64,000 nucleotides of DNA, taken from the NCBI GenBank assembly GCA_963842525.1, contig CAWJGT010000034.1:288001-352000 (forward strand), given 5' to 3'. The notes below the pieces were generated by a model. That model was not told where the DNA came from. It made no database searches and worked only from the letters and a program-made list of their open reading frames with translations. Shown here piece by piece: positions 1 to 9,800 of the stretch; position 1 is the stretch's first letter, and each line of letters starts with the position of its first letter. The stretch is from an uncultured Holophagales bacterium (GTDB lineage Bacteria > Acidobacteriota > Thermoanaerobaculia > Multivoradales > UBA5704). Both the position numbers and the translations under genes were made by a program.

Positions 1-1
1 A

Positions 2-3000
2 AGCGCGGCCGAGCGGGTCGTCGCCTACCGCGGCGAGGAGCGCTGGATCGAGGCGTTCGAGCCAGTGCGGCTGCCGGCCGCCGATCCCGGGCGGCTACCG
101 CTGCGCGAGCGCGGTGTCTATCTGATCACCGGCGGTCTGGGAGGCGTGGGCATGACCCTGGCCCGCGAGCTGGCGCGCTCGTTCCGCGCGCGGCTGGTGC
201 TCACGGGCCGGACGTTGCGCGACGGGAGCCTCGCCGCAGCCCACGAGCTGGAGGAGTTGGGCGCGGAGGTCCTGGTGCTCGCGGCCGACGTGACCGACGA
301 GGCGGCCATGCGCGAGGTGGTCCGGCGGGCGCGCGAAAGGTTCGGCCCCATCCAGGGCGCGATCCACGCCGCCGGCGTGCCGGGTGGCGGCGTCATCCAG
401 CTCAAGACCATCGAAGCTGCCTCCCGCGTGCTGGCCCCCAAGGTGCGCGGCGCCCAGGTGCTGGCGCGCGTGCTGGCGGGCGAGCCGGTGGAGCTGCTCG
501 TGCTCCTGGCCTCGACCTTCGGGATCACAGGCGGCGTGGGCCAGGTGGATTACTGCGCCGCCAACAGCTTCCTGGACGCCTTCGCCCGGCAGGTGGCACA
601 GCGCGGCCTGCGCGCCATCTCCCTCGACTGGGCAGCCTGGCAGGAGGTGGGCATGGCGGCCGAGGCGGCTGCGCTGCGTGCTGCGGGCGAGCCGCGGCCG
701 TCCCGCGCTCTGCCGGGTACAAGCGCCGTCGAGCCGGCAGGGCCGGGCGACGGAGCGCCGTTCCACCCGCTGCTCGACCGGCGGCTGGAGAGCGCGGTCG
801 AGGCCGAGGCGGTCTACGCCACCGACTTCAGCCCGGCGCGCCACTGGGTGCTCGCCGAGCACCGCATCCTCGGCACACCGGCCCTCCCCGGCACCGCCTG
901 GCTGGAGATGGCGCGCGCCGCCTTCGCTTGCGAGACCGGCGCGCGGGAGGCCGAGCTCCAGGACGTGACCTTCGTCAGCCCTCTGCTGGTGGCGGACGGA
1001 GACCGGCGCGAGGCGCGGATCGTCCTCGAATGGGACGGCGGAGGCGAGGCGGCATTCCACGGGATCAGCCGCGCGTCCACCGGCGGCGAGTGGCAGGAGC
1101 ACGCCCACGGACGGGTCCGCTCCCTCAACAGAGAGCGTCCTTCGCCGCAGGATGCGGCGGCTCTGGCCGCGCGGTGCGTGAGGGAGGTGGCGCCCGAGGG
1201 CAGGGCCGCGGAGCCCGGCCGTACCGACCGGCTGGTCTCCTGGGGTCCGCGCTGGCAGAGCCTCCGACGCGCCAGCCTGGGCGACGGCGAGGGCCTGCTG
1301 GAGCTGGAGCTCCCGGCAGACCTCGCGGCGGACCTGGACGGCCTCGCGCTCCATCCCGCGTTGCTCGACGTAGCCACCGGCGCCGGTGGCGGATTCCTGG
1401 CCGGCGGAAACGCCCTGCCGGAGTCCTACCGCCGGCTCGCCGTGCTGGGGCCGCTCCCCGCCCGAGTGCTCGCCCATGTGCGGGTGAACGGCGTCAACCC
1501 GGCGGCCGAGACGGTCACCATGGATCTCACCCTGCTGGACGAGGAGGGGGGCGTCCGGGTCGAGATCGAGGGCTTCTCCATGAAGCGGCTGGGGAAGAAG
1601 TCGGGCGACGCCGTCGCTCCGGCGAGCGAGCGAGCAGGCTGGATCCGGCCGGACGAAGGCGTCGAGGCGTTCCGGCGCGCCCTCTCCCGGGGACGGTTCG
1701 CCCAGATCGCAATCTCCCCGACCGAGCTGGGCGCGGCCCTTGCGCCGCCGGTGCGGCAGGAGCGCGAGGAGGCCCCCGGCAGGCCTGCCGGGGAGGCGTT
1801 CCCCCGCCCGAGCCTGACCACCCCCTACGTGGCGCCGCGCGATACCGCCGAGCAGGCGATGGCGGAGCTGTGGCAGCGGGTCCTCAAGATCGACAAGATC
1901 GGAGTCCACGACAACTTCTTCGATCTGGGCGGCGATTCGGTGGTCGCCATCCAACTGGTGGCCCAGGCTACCGCAAGCGGGCTTGCCCTCACTACGCAGG
2001 AGGTCTTCGAGAAGCAGACGGTCGCAGCCCTCGCGCGGCTGGCCATTCCTTACGATCCGGGTGCGGCGGTGGTCGCGGAGCCCGCTGAGCCGGCTCCTGC
2101 CGGCGGGAATTTCTCCGTAGCGGGCCTGTCGCAGAGCAGCCTGGAGCGGCTGCTCGCCAGGCTCGGGGACGCGGCTGCGAATGTCGAGGATCTGTATCGG
2201 CTATCCCCGATCCAGGAGGGGATGCTGTTCCATGCCCTGCACGGCGGGGAGGAGGCGCCGTATTTCGAGCAGCTCGTCCTCACCTACGATCGAGACCTCG
2301 ACCTCGACCGGCTCGAGCGCGCTTGGCGCCAGGCCGTCGAACGCCATCCGGTGCTGCGCACCTCGTTCGTCTGGGAGGACGTGGAGACGCCCGTGCAGAT
2401 CGTGCATCGGCGGGTCGAGCTCCCCTTTGGGCGCCAGGACTGGCAGATCCTCGCGCCGCCCGAGCGCGACGAGCGCCTGCGGCGCTTCCTCGCGGAGGAC
2501 CGCTCCCTGGGCTTCGCGCTCGACCGCGCGCCGCTTCTGCGCCTGAACGCGATCTGGTGGAGCGACGCGAGCTGGCGCCTCGCCTGGAGCTACCACCACC
2601 TGCTCCTCGACGGCTGGTCGGTGGGTCTGCTGCTGCGCGAGGTGGCGGCCATCTACAATGCCGGGGGCCAAGCCGCGGCCGCGGCGCTGGAACCCCGGCG
2701 GCCGTTCCGCGACTACATCACCTGGCTCCGGCAGCAGGACCTCTCGGCGGCCGAGGCCTGGTGGCAGCGGACCTTCGAAGGATTCTTCGCGCCCACCGCC
2801 CTGGGGATCGACCGCACGCCGGGCCGCCCTGTCCTCCCAGGCGACGTCCACGCCGAGGTCGCGGCCGTGCTGCCGGCGGCGCTGACCGCCAGCCTGGAAG
2901 ATTTCGCGCGGCGGCACCGGCTCACCCTGCACACGGTGATCGAGGGGGCCTGGGCACTGGCGCTCGCCCGCTACGGCGACACCGAGGACGTGGTCTTCGG

Positions 3001-6000
3001 CAGCACCCTGTCGGGGCGGCCGGCCGCTCTGCCGGGCTCCGAGTCGATGATCGGCTGCTTCATCAACACCTTGCCGGTGCGGGCACGAACCGCGCTCGAA
3101 CAGAAGCTGCTCCCCTGGCTGCAGAACCTGCAGGCCTGCCAGGTGGAGCTCCGCCGCTTCGAGCACAGCCCCCTCGTCGAGGTGCGCCGGTGGAGCGGGC
3201 TGCCCGGCGACCGTCCTCTGTTCGAGACGATCCTGGTCTTCGAGAGCCTCTTCGGCCCCGGTCTCCGCTCGAGCCATGCCGGCGGCCGCAAGGGCCGGCA
3301 GCTCCACCAACGCACCAACTTCCCCCTGACCCTGGTGGTGTGGCCCGGGCGAGAGATCGCGCTCGAAGCCCGCTTCTACACCGGCCGCTTCGCGGCGGAG
3401 GATGTGTCCCGCCTGCTCGGGTATGTCACGGAGCTCCTCGCGGCTATCGTCACCGAGCCCGACGGCCTCCACCCCGGCGACCGGCGCCTAGCAGACCTGC
3501 CCCTCCTGCTTCCTCACGAGCACGCGCAGATCCTGCGCGAGTGGAACGACACGGCCGAGGAGATCCCCGCCGCCCCCGTCCACCACCTCTTCGCGGCCCG
3601 GGCGACGTGTGTCCCGGAGGCCCCGGCCGTCGCCGACGCCGGCCGTAGCCTCACCTGCGGCGAGCTCGACGCGCGCGCCAACCGCCTAGCGCACCACCTG
3701 ATCCGGCTGGGGGTCGGACCGGAGGTCCTGGTGGGGGTCTCCCTGGAGCGCTCGGCGGACATGGTCGTGGCCCTCCTCGGTATCCTCAAGGCCGGCGGAG
3801 CCTACCTGCCGCTCGATCCTGCTTACCCGGTGGACCGTTTGCGCCTCATGCTGGAGGATTCGGGGACCCGCTTCCTTCTCGCCGCGGACGGGACAGAAAC
3901 GCTCGCCGCGCCGGGGCTCTGCGTCGTCCACCTGGACGATCCGGCGATCGCGGGCGAGCCCGCGCGTCCGCCGCGCCCGCCAGACGCCGAGGTCGAAGCG
4001 CCCCATCTCGCCTACGTCCTCTACACCTCGGGCTCGACCGGCCGGCCGAAAGGGGTGCAGGTCACCCACGGCGCGCTCGCCAACTTCCTGGCCGCCATGC
4101 GCAGGCGTCCCGGCCTGGAGCCGGGAGACGTCCTCCTCACCACGACCTCGCTCTCCTTCGACATCGCCGCGCTGGAGATCTATCTCCCCCTGCTCGCCGG
4201 CGCACGGATCGTCGTCGCCCGGCGCGAGGAAGTCTATGACGGCCGCCGCCTGCGGGAGCTGCTCGCCGAGCACGAGGTCACGGTGATGCAGGCGACCCCT
4301 TCGACCTGGCGGATGCTGGTCGATTCGGGCTGGCGAGGGGGCTCCCGGTTCAGGGTCCTGTGCGGCGGCGAGGCCCTGCCCGAGGACCTCGCCGCAGCGC
4401 TGCGAGCGCGTGCCGCCGAGGTCTGGAACCTCTATGGCCCCACCGAGACTACGGTCTGGTCTGCGGTCGAGCTGCTGCCGCCGGACCGGCCGGTCTCGAT
4501 CGGCCGGCCGATCGCCAACACCGGGATCTACGTCCTCGGTTCCGGGGCTCTCCCGGTCCCCGCCGGAGCACCCGGAGAGCTGCTCATCGGCGGCGCCGGT
4601 GTGGCGCGCGGCTATCTGGGGCGTCCGGACCTGACCGCCGAGCGCTTCGTCCCCGACCCGTTCGCCGGCGCGGCAGGAGTCGGCGGACGCCTGTACCGGA
4701 CCGGCGACCTGGCCCGGCACCGGGCGGATGGACGGCTGGAGCTTCTCGGCCGCATCGACCAGCAGGTGAAGGTCCGCGGCTTCCGCATCGAGTTGGGGGA
4801 GATCGAGGCCGCTCTCTCTCTCCACTCCACGGTGGCGCAGGCCGCTGTGGTGGCGCGCGACGACTGGGGCGACCGCCGGCTGGTCGCCTATGTGACGCCC
4901 TCCGGCGTCCGCGAGCCCGTCCCGGCGGAGCTGCGCGAATTCCTGCGTGCGCGCCTGCCCGAATACATGCAACCTGCGGCCTTCGTCGTCCTGCCGGCCC
5001 TGCCGCTCACCCCCAACCTGAAGGTGGATCGCAGGGCGCTGCCCGCGCCCGCGAACACGTCCGTGATGGCGGACGCGTTCGTCGCGCCTCGCAGCCCCCT
5101 TGAAGAGGTGCTGGCGGAAATCTGGGCCGAAGTGCTGCGCCTTGAGAAGGTGGGGATCGACGACGACTTCTTCGCCTTGGGCGGCCACTCGCTGCTCGCC
5201 TTCCAGGTGGTCTCTCGCATCCAGAGGAAGCTCGGCCTGGCGCCGCCGGTGCACTGGATCTTCGAGCGGCCGACCGTGCGCGGCCTCGCCGAGCGGACCG
5301 GGACGGCGCTCTCAGAGCTGCCGGCCCTCCGTCCGACCGGCCTCCGGGAGGGCGAGCCCGTTCCCGCCTCCTTCGCCCAGGAGGGCCTGTGGCTGCTCGA
5401 CCGGCTCGCCCCCGGCTCGGCGGCTTACAACCTTCCGCTGTCCCTGCGGCTGGGCGGTCGACTGGACGCCGCGGCCCTGACGGCGAGCCTGCACGAGATC
5501 GTGCGCCGCCATGCGGTGCTGCGGACCCGCTTTGCCGCCGTCGACGACGTGCCGCACCAGATCGTCGGGCCGGTCCCCGACCTCCTCCTGCCGGTCATCG
5601 ACCTCTCCGGTCTTCCGGAGCGGGTCCGGGACGCCGAAGCCCGGCGGCTGGCTGTCGTGGCAGTGTTGCACCCGTTCGATTTGACGCGCGGGCCGCTACT
5701 GCGGGCGGTGCTCCTGCGGCTGGGAGCCCAGGACCATGCAGCGCTCTTGGCCGTGCACCACATCGCCTCGGACGGCTGGTCCACGGGCGTCCTCCTCCGC
5801 GAGGTCGCCCTTCTCTACGAGGCCTTCTCGCAGGGCCGGCCTTCACCGCTCACCGAGCTGCCCGTCCAGTACGCCGACTATGCTGCATGGCAGCGGCAGT
5901 GGCTGCGGGGCGAGGTGCTCTCGGCGCACCTCGACTACTGGCGCCGGCAGCTCGCAGGGGCTCCCGCCGTGCTCCCGCTGCGCACCGATCGTCCGCGGCC

Positions 6001-6820
6001 CGCGGTCCGGACGTCCCGCGGCGGACGGATCGCGGTCGAGCTGCCGGCGGAGCTCCGCGACCGCCTGGTCGAGCTCGGCCGCACAGAGCACTGCACGCTG
6101 TTCATGACCCTGCTCGCCGGTTATAGTGCCCTGCTCCACCAGTGGGCGGAAGGTACGGAACGCGTCGTCGTCGGCTCGCCGATCAGTTACCGGAATTGGC
6201 CGGAGGTCGAGGACCTCATCGGGTTTTTCGCGAACGTCCTGGTCTACCACACCCGTCTGGAAGGCGATCCGACGTTCCGGGAGCTTCTCTCCCACGTCCG
6301 CCGGATGGTGCTGGACGGCTTGACGCATCAACACGTCTCCTTCGAGCGACTGGTTGAAGAGCTGCGGCCTGAGCGCAGCCTGAGCCACAATCCCCTGTTC
6401 CAGGTGATGTTCGCTTTCACGGCGGCCGGAGCGGTGACCGCTCCGCCTCCCGACAGGGCCGGCCTCGTCGTCGATCCCTTCGGGTTCGAGGGGACGACGG
6501 CACAGTTCGATCTCGAGCTGAGCCTGACCGACGCGCCCCAGGGCGTGATCGGCACTCTGACTTTCAGCAGGGATCTCTTCGAAAAGGAGACCGTTGCCTG
6601 GAGGTGGGACCAGCTCCGCTTCCTGTTGGAAGAGGTCGCGCGGGAGCCCGACCTGCATTTGAGTGAGCTGCGGTCGCGGCTCACTGAGGTCGAGCGCCGC
6701 CTCTGGGCGCGCAGGCAGGAGGAGCTCGAGGAGGCGTCCTCCCGGAGCTTCAAAGACCGTCGGCGCAGGATGGTGATGGCGGTCGCTGAAGTCATCGGCG
6801 GGGCCGTGCAAGAGGGTTGA
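2..6820 (+). CDS. Hybrid PKS/NRPS, 5'-truncated: KR(with inserted DH)-ACP-C(DCL-like)-A(Gly)-PCP-C
   Basis: The frame is open from position 2 (SAAERVVAYRGEERW...). KR: GVYLITGGLGGVG and QVDYCAAN. DH: EHRILGTPALPG and HPALLD. Carrier GGDS at ~1928. C: HHLLLDGWS. A code DILQLGLVWK (Gly type). PCP GGHS. Terminal C: HHIASDGWS. Stop TGA at 6818-6820. Confidence 0.95.
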   Translation, partial: SAAERVVAYRGEERWIEAFEPVRLPAADPGRLPLRERGVYLITGGLGGVGMTLARELARSFRARLVLTGRTLRDGSLAAAHELEELGAEVLVLAADVTDEAAMREVVRRARERFGPIQGAIHAAGVPGGGVIQLKTIEAASRVLAPKVRGAQVLARVLAGEPVELLVLLASTFGITGGVGQVDYCAANSFLDAFARQVAQRGLRAISLDWAAWQEVGMAAEAAALRAAGEPRPSRALPGTSAVEPAGPGDGAPFHPLLDRRLESAVEAEAVYATDFSPARHWVLAEHRILGTPALPGTAWLEMARAAFACETGAREAELQDVTFVSPLLVADGDRREARIVLEWDGGGEAAFHGISRASTGGEWQEHAHGRVRSLNRERPSPQDAAALAARCVREVAPEGRAAEPGRTDRLVSWGPRWQSLRRASLGDGEGLLELELPADLAADLDGLALHPALLDVATGAGGGFLAGGNALPESYRRLAVLGPLPARVLAHVRVNGVNPAAETVTMDLTLLDEEGGVRVEIEGFSMKRLGKKSGDAVAPASERAGWIRPDEGVEAFRRALSRGRFAQIAISPTELGAALAPPVRQEREEAPGRPAGEAFPRPSLTTPYVAPRDTAEQAMAELWQRVLKIDKIGVHDNFFDLGGDSVVAIQLVAQATASGLALTTQEVFEKQTVAALARLAIPYDPGAAVVAEPAEPAPAGGNFSVAGLSQSSLERLLARLGDAAANVEDLYRLSPIQEGMLFHALHGGEEAPYFEQLVLTYDRDLDLDRLERAWRQAVERHPVLRTSFVWEDVETPVQIVHRRVELPFGRQDWQILAPPERDERLRRFLAEDRSLGFALDRAPLLRLNAIWWSDASWRLAWSYHHLLLDGWSVGLLLREVAAIYNAGGQAAAAALEPRRPFRDYITWLRQQDLSAAEAWWQRTFEGFFAPTALGIDRTPGRPVLPGDVHAEVAAVLPAALTASLEDFARRHRLTLHTVIEGAWALALARYGDTEDVVFGSTLSGRPAALPGSESMIGCFINTLPVRARTALEQKLLPWLQNLQACQVELRRFEHSPLVEVRRWSGLPGDRPLFETILVFESLFGPGLRSSHAGGRKGRQLHQRTNFPLTLVVWPGREIALEARFYTGRFAAEDVSRLLGYVTELLAAIVTEPDGLHPGDRRLADLPLLLPHEHAQILREWNDTAEEIPAAPVHHLFAARATCVPEAPAVADAGRSLTCGELDARANRLAHHLIRLGVGPEVLVGVSLERSADMVVALLGILKAGGAYLPLDPAYPVDRLRLMLEDSGTRFLLAADGTETLAAPGLCVVHLDDPAIAGEPARPPRPPDAEVEAPHLAYVLYTSGSTGRPKGVQVTHGALANFLAAMRRRPGLEPGDVLLTTTSLSFDIAALEIYLPLLAGARIVVARREEVYDGRRLRELLAEHEVTVMQATPSTWRMLVDSGWRGGSRFRVLCGGEALPEDLAAALRARAAEVWNLYGPTETTVWSAVELLPPDRPVSIGRPIANTGIYVLGSGALPVPAGAPGELLIGGAGVARGYLGRPDLTAERFVPDPFAGAAGVGGRLYRTGDLARHRADGRLELLGRIDQQVKVRGFRIELGEIEAALSLHSTVAQAAVVARDDWGDRRLVAYVTPSGVREPVPAELREFLRARLPEYMQPAAFVVLPALPLTPNLKVDRRALPAPANTSVMADAFVAPRSPLEEVLAEIWAEVLRLEKVGIDDDFFALGGHSLLAFQVVSRIQRKLGLAPPVHWIFERPTVRGLAERTGTALSELPALRPTGLREGEPVPASFAQEGLWLLDRLAPGSAAYNLPLSLRLGGRLDAAALTASLHEIVRRHAVLRTRFAAVDDVPHQIVGPVPDLLLPVIDLSGLPERVRDAEARRLAVVAVLHPFDLTRGPLLRAVLLRLGAQDHAALLAVHHIASDGWSTGVLLREVALLYEAFSQGRPSPLTELPVQYADYAAWQRQWLRGEVLSAHLDYWRRQLAGAPAVLPLRTDRPRPAVRTSRGGRIAVELPAELRDRLVELGRTEHCTLFMTLLAGYSALLHQWAEGTERVVVGSPISYRNWPEVEDLIGFFANVLVYHTRLEGDPTFRELLSHVRRMVLDGLTHQHVSFERLVEELRPERSLSHNPLFQVMFAFTAAGAVTAPPPDRAGLVVDPFGFEGTTAQFDLELSLTDAPQGVIGTLTFSRDLFEKETVAWRWDQLRFLLEEVAREPDLHLSELRSRLTEVERRLWARRQEELEEASSRSFKDRRRRMVMAVAEVIGGAVQEG

Positions 6821-6822
6821 GC

Positions 6823-9800
6823 ATGCAGCAGAGCGTCATCCAGGGCTTTCGGCTTTCCCCGCAGCAGGACCGCCTGTGGTCTCTGCAAGGCGATGGGGGA
6901 GAGCTGCCGTACCGCGCGACCTGTGTGCTCCGGATCACGGGCCGCCTCGACGTGCAGGCGCTGCAAGCGGCCCTGGGACGCGTCGTCGAACGGCACGAGA
7001 TCCTGCGCACCACGTTCCGGCAGGCCCCCGGGATGGAGGAGCCCCTCCAGGTCATCGGCGAGAGCGCGGCCGTGCGCATCGAGCGCTGCGAGCTGCGCGG
7101 CGGTTCCTCCGCAGCGCGGGAGGCGTCGGTCGACGCACTCTTCCTGGAGGCGAGCCGTCTCCCCTTGGACATCGAGAATGGGGAGAACGGCGTCCTGCTG
7201 CGGGCGCGGCTGGGCTGCCTGGCCCCCGACCGGCACCTGCTGCTGCTCGTTCTGCCCGCCCTCTGTGCGGACGCCACAAGCCTGGAGAATCTCGCCGCGG
7301 ACCTGGCGCGCTGTTACGCCGCGCTCTGCGGCGGTCCTGCTCCCGGTGAGACGGCTCAGTACGCCGACATCGCGGACTGGATGAACGGGATGCTCGCAAC
7401 GCATGAGGAGGTGGCGCGGAGGTTCTGGGGGAGCCGCGACGTCTTCGCCAGGCTCGACACCCGGCTACCTCTTGAGCGCGAACCGGCCGGCACTGCGAGC
7501 TTTACACCCCGGTCGGTCCCGGTAGAGGTCGCATCCGCGACTGTCGTCGGCGTCGCCCCGGAGCTCGGCGCCACCGAGGAGGCCGTCCTGCTCACCGCCT
7601 GGCAGATCCTCCTGCGGCGCCTGACCGCCTGGCCGGAGACCGTCGTCGGAGTCGCCTTCGCCGGTCGCAAGCATGCGGAGCTGCGCCATGCGCTGGGACT
7701 CTTTACGCGCCATCTGCCCGCTCCCTGCGCATGGGGGGAGGAGGACTGCTTCGCTGCGGCGGTCCGCGCGACCGCAGAGGCCCTCGCCGAGCTGTCCGGC
7801 TGGCAGGAGTCTTTCACCTGGCGGCGCCTGGCGGCGGACGGCGGAGCTCCTTTCTTCCCCTTCGCCTTTGAATATACCGAGGGCGCCGCCGAGCACCGCC
7901 ACGGCGACACGATCTTCTCGATCCTGCGGTCGCAAGCCCAGACCGACCGCTTCCGGGTGAAGCTCGCCGGCTCGCGGCGCGGCGGCACTCTGACTCTCGA
8001 GCTGCAGTACGACGAGAGCACTTTCCGCCGTGAGGACGCCGAGCGCCTTGCCGGCTGGTACGGGGCCTTGCTGGAGAGCGCGGCGAAGTGCCCCGGGGCC
8101 GCGACAGGCGATCTCGGAATTCTCACCGCGGAGGAGCGGCGCGAGGCGCTGGTCGACCTCAACCGGACGGAGGTGGAGCACCCCGGAGCCGGCAGGACGC
8201 TGGCGCGGCTCTTCGCGGAGCAGGCTCGCCGCAGCCCGGACGCGGTCGCGGCCTCGTTCCGCGAGCAGCGGATCACCTATGGGGAGCTGAAAACGCGGGC
8301 CGAGCGGCTGGCCCGCCACCTGCGAGGCCTGGGGGTGGCGCCAGAGGTGCGGGTCGCGCTATGCGTCGAGCGGTCGCTGGACATGGTCCTGGGCATCCTG
8401 GGCATCCTCGAGGCCGGCGGGGCCTACGTGCCCATCGATCCGGCCTATCCGGAGGAGCGGCGGGCCCTGATGCTGGAGGACGCACGCACCCCCGTGCTGC
8501 TCACCCAGGAGCGGCTGGCCCCCGGCCTGGAGGGGCTGCGGGCCGGCGCCCGCATGGTCCGCCTGGACGCGGACTGGCCGGAGATTGCGGCCCACAACCC
8601 CCGCGACGGCCGGGAGGAGGATCTCCCGGAGAATCTGCCGGAACATCTGGCCTACGTCATCTACACGTCCGGCTCTACGGGCCGGCCCAAGGGGGTCATG
8701 GTCTCGCACCGGGCCATCGCGAACCGGCTCCTGTGGAAGCTGCGGGTCTTCCCCCTGGAGCCGGGGGACGTGGTCCTGCAGAAGACGCCCTACAGCTTCG
8801 ACGCGTCGATCTGGGAGATCTTCGTCCCCCTCTTCGCGGGCGCGCGCCTGGCCGTGGCCGAGCCCGGCGGGCACCAGGACCCCGCCTATCTCCTGCGCGC
8901 CCTCGCCGAGGAGCAGGTCACTGCGCTCCAACTCGTTCCCTCCATGCTGCCGGTCCTCCTCGACCAGTCAGGAGCGGAAGAGGCCGGCCGCAGCCTTCGC
9001 GGCCTGTTCTGCGGCGGCGAGGCCCTCGCCGCCGAGGCGGTGGACCGCGCCTTCGCCCTGCTGGCGGGCGTTGTCGTGCGCAACCTCTACGGTCCCACGG
9101 AAGCCTCCATCGACGTCGCCTCCCAGCCCTGCGAGCCGGGCAGGTGGGACGGGATCGTGCCCATCGGCCGGCCCATCGACAACATCCGGCTCTACGTGCT
9201 CGACCCCCGAGGCGTGGCGGTGCCGCCGGGGCTGACCGGAGAGCTGCACATCGGCGGAGTGAACCTGGCCCGAGGCTATCTGGGCCGGCCTGGCCTCACG
9301 GCCGAGCTCTTCGTGCCGGATGCCTGGAGCGGCCTCCCTGGCGAGCGGCTCTACCGCACCGGCGACCTGGTCCGCCTCTCGGGCGCCGGGCTGCTCGAAT
9401 TCCTCGGCCGGGCCGACGGCCAGGTCAAGCTCCGCGGCTTCCGCATCGAGCTGGGCGAGATCGAGGCCGCCCTGCTGCGGCATCCGGCGGTGCAGGAGGC
9501 GGCCGTCCTGGTGCGGGAGGACGCTCCCGGAGCCGCACGCCTGGTGGCGTACGTGGCGCCGGGCGAGACCGCCGCCGGGGAGCTGCGCGCCTTCCTCACC
9601 GCGCGCCTGCCGGAGCACATGGTGCCTCCCGTCGTGGTGACCCTGCCGGCCCTGCCGCGCTTGCCCAACGGCAAGCTGGACCGCCGCGCCCTGCCGGCGC
9701 CGGACCCCGCCGGCCTCGCGGGCTCCCACGGCCCGCGCACCCCGGCCGAAGAGCTGATGGCGACGCTGTGGCGGGACCTTCTGAAGGTCGAGCGGGTCGG

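Noticed and set aside
1830-2200. Epimerisation domain implied by GGDS carriers
   Set aside because: There is no room and no E motifs (HHxxVDxVSW, EGHGRE) after any GGDS carrier in the window.
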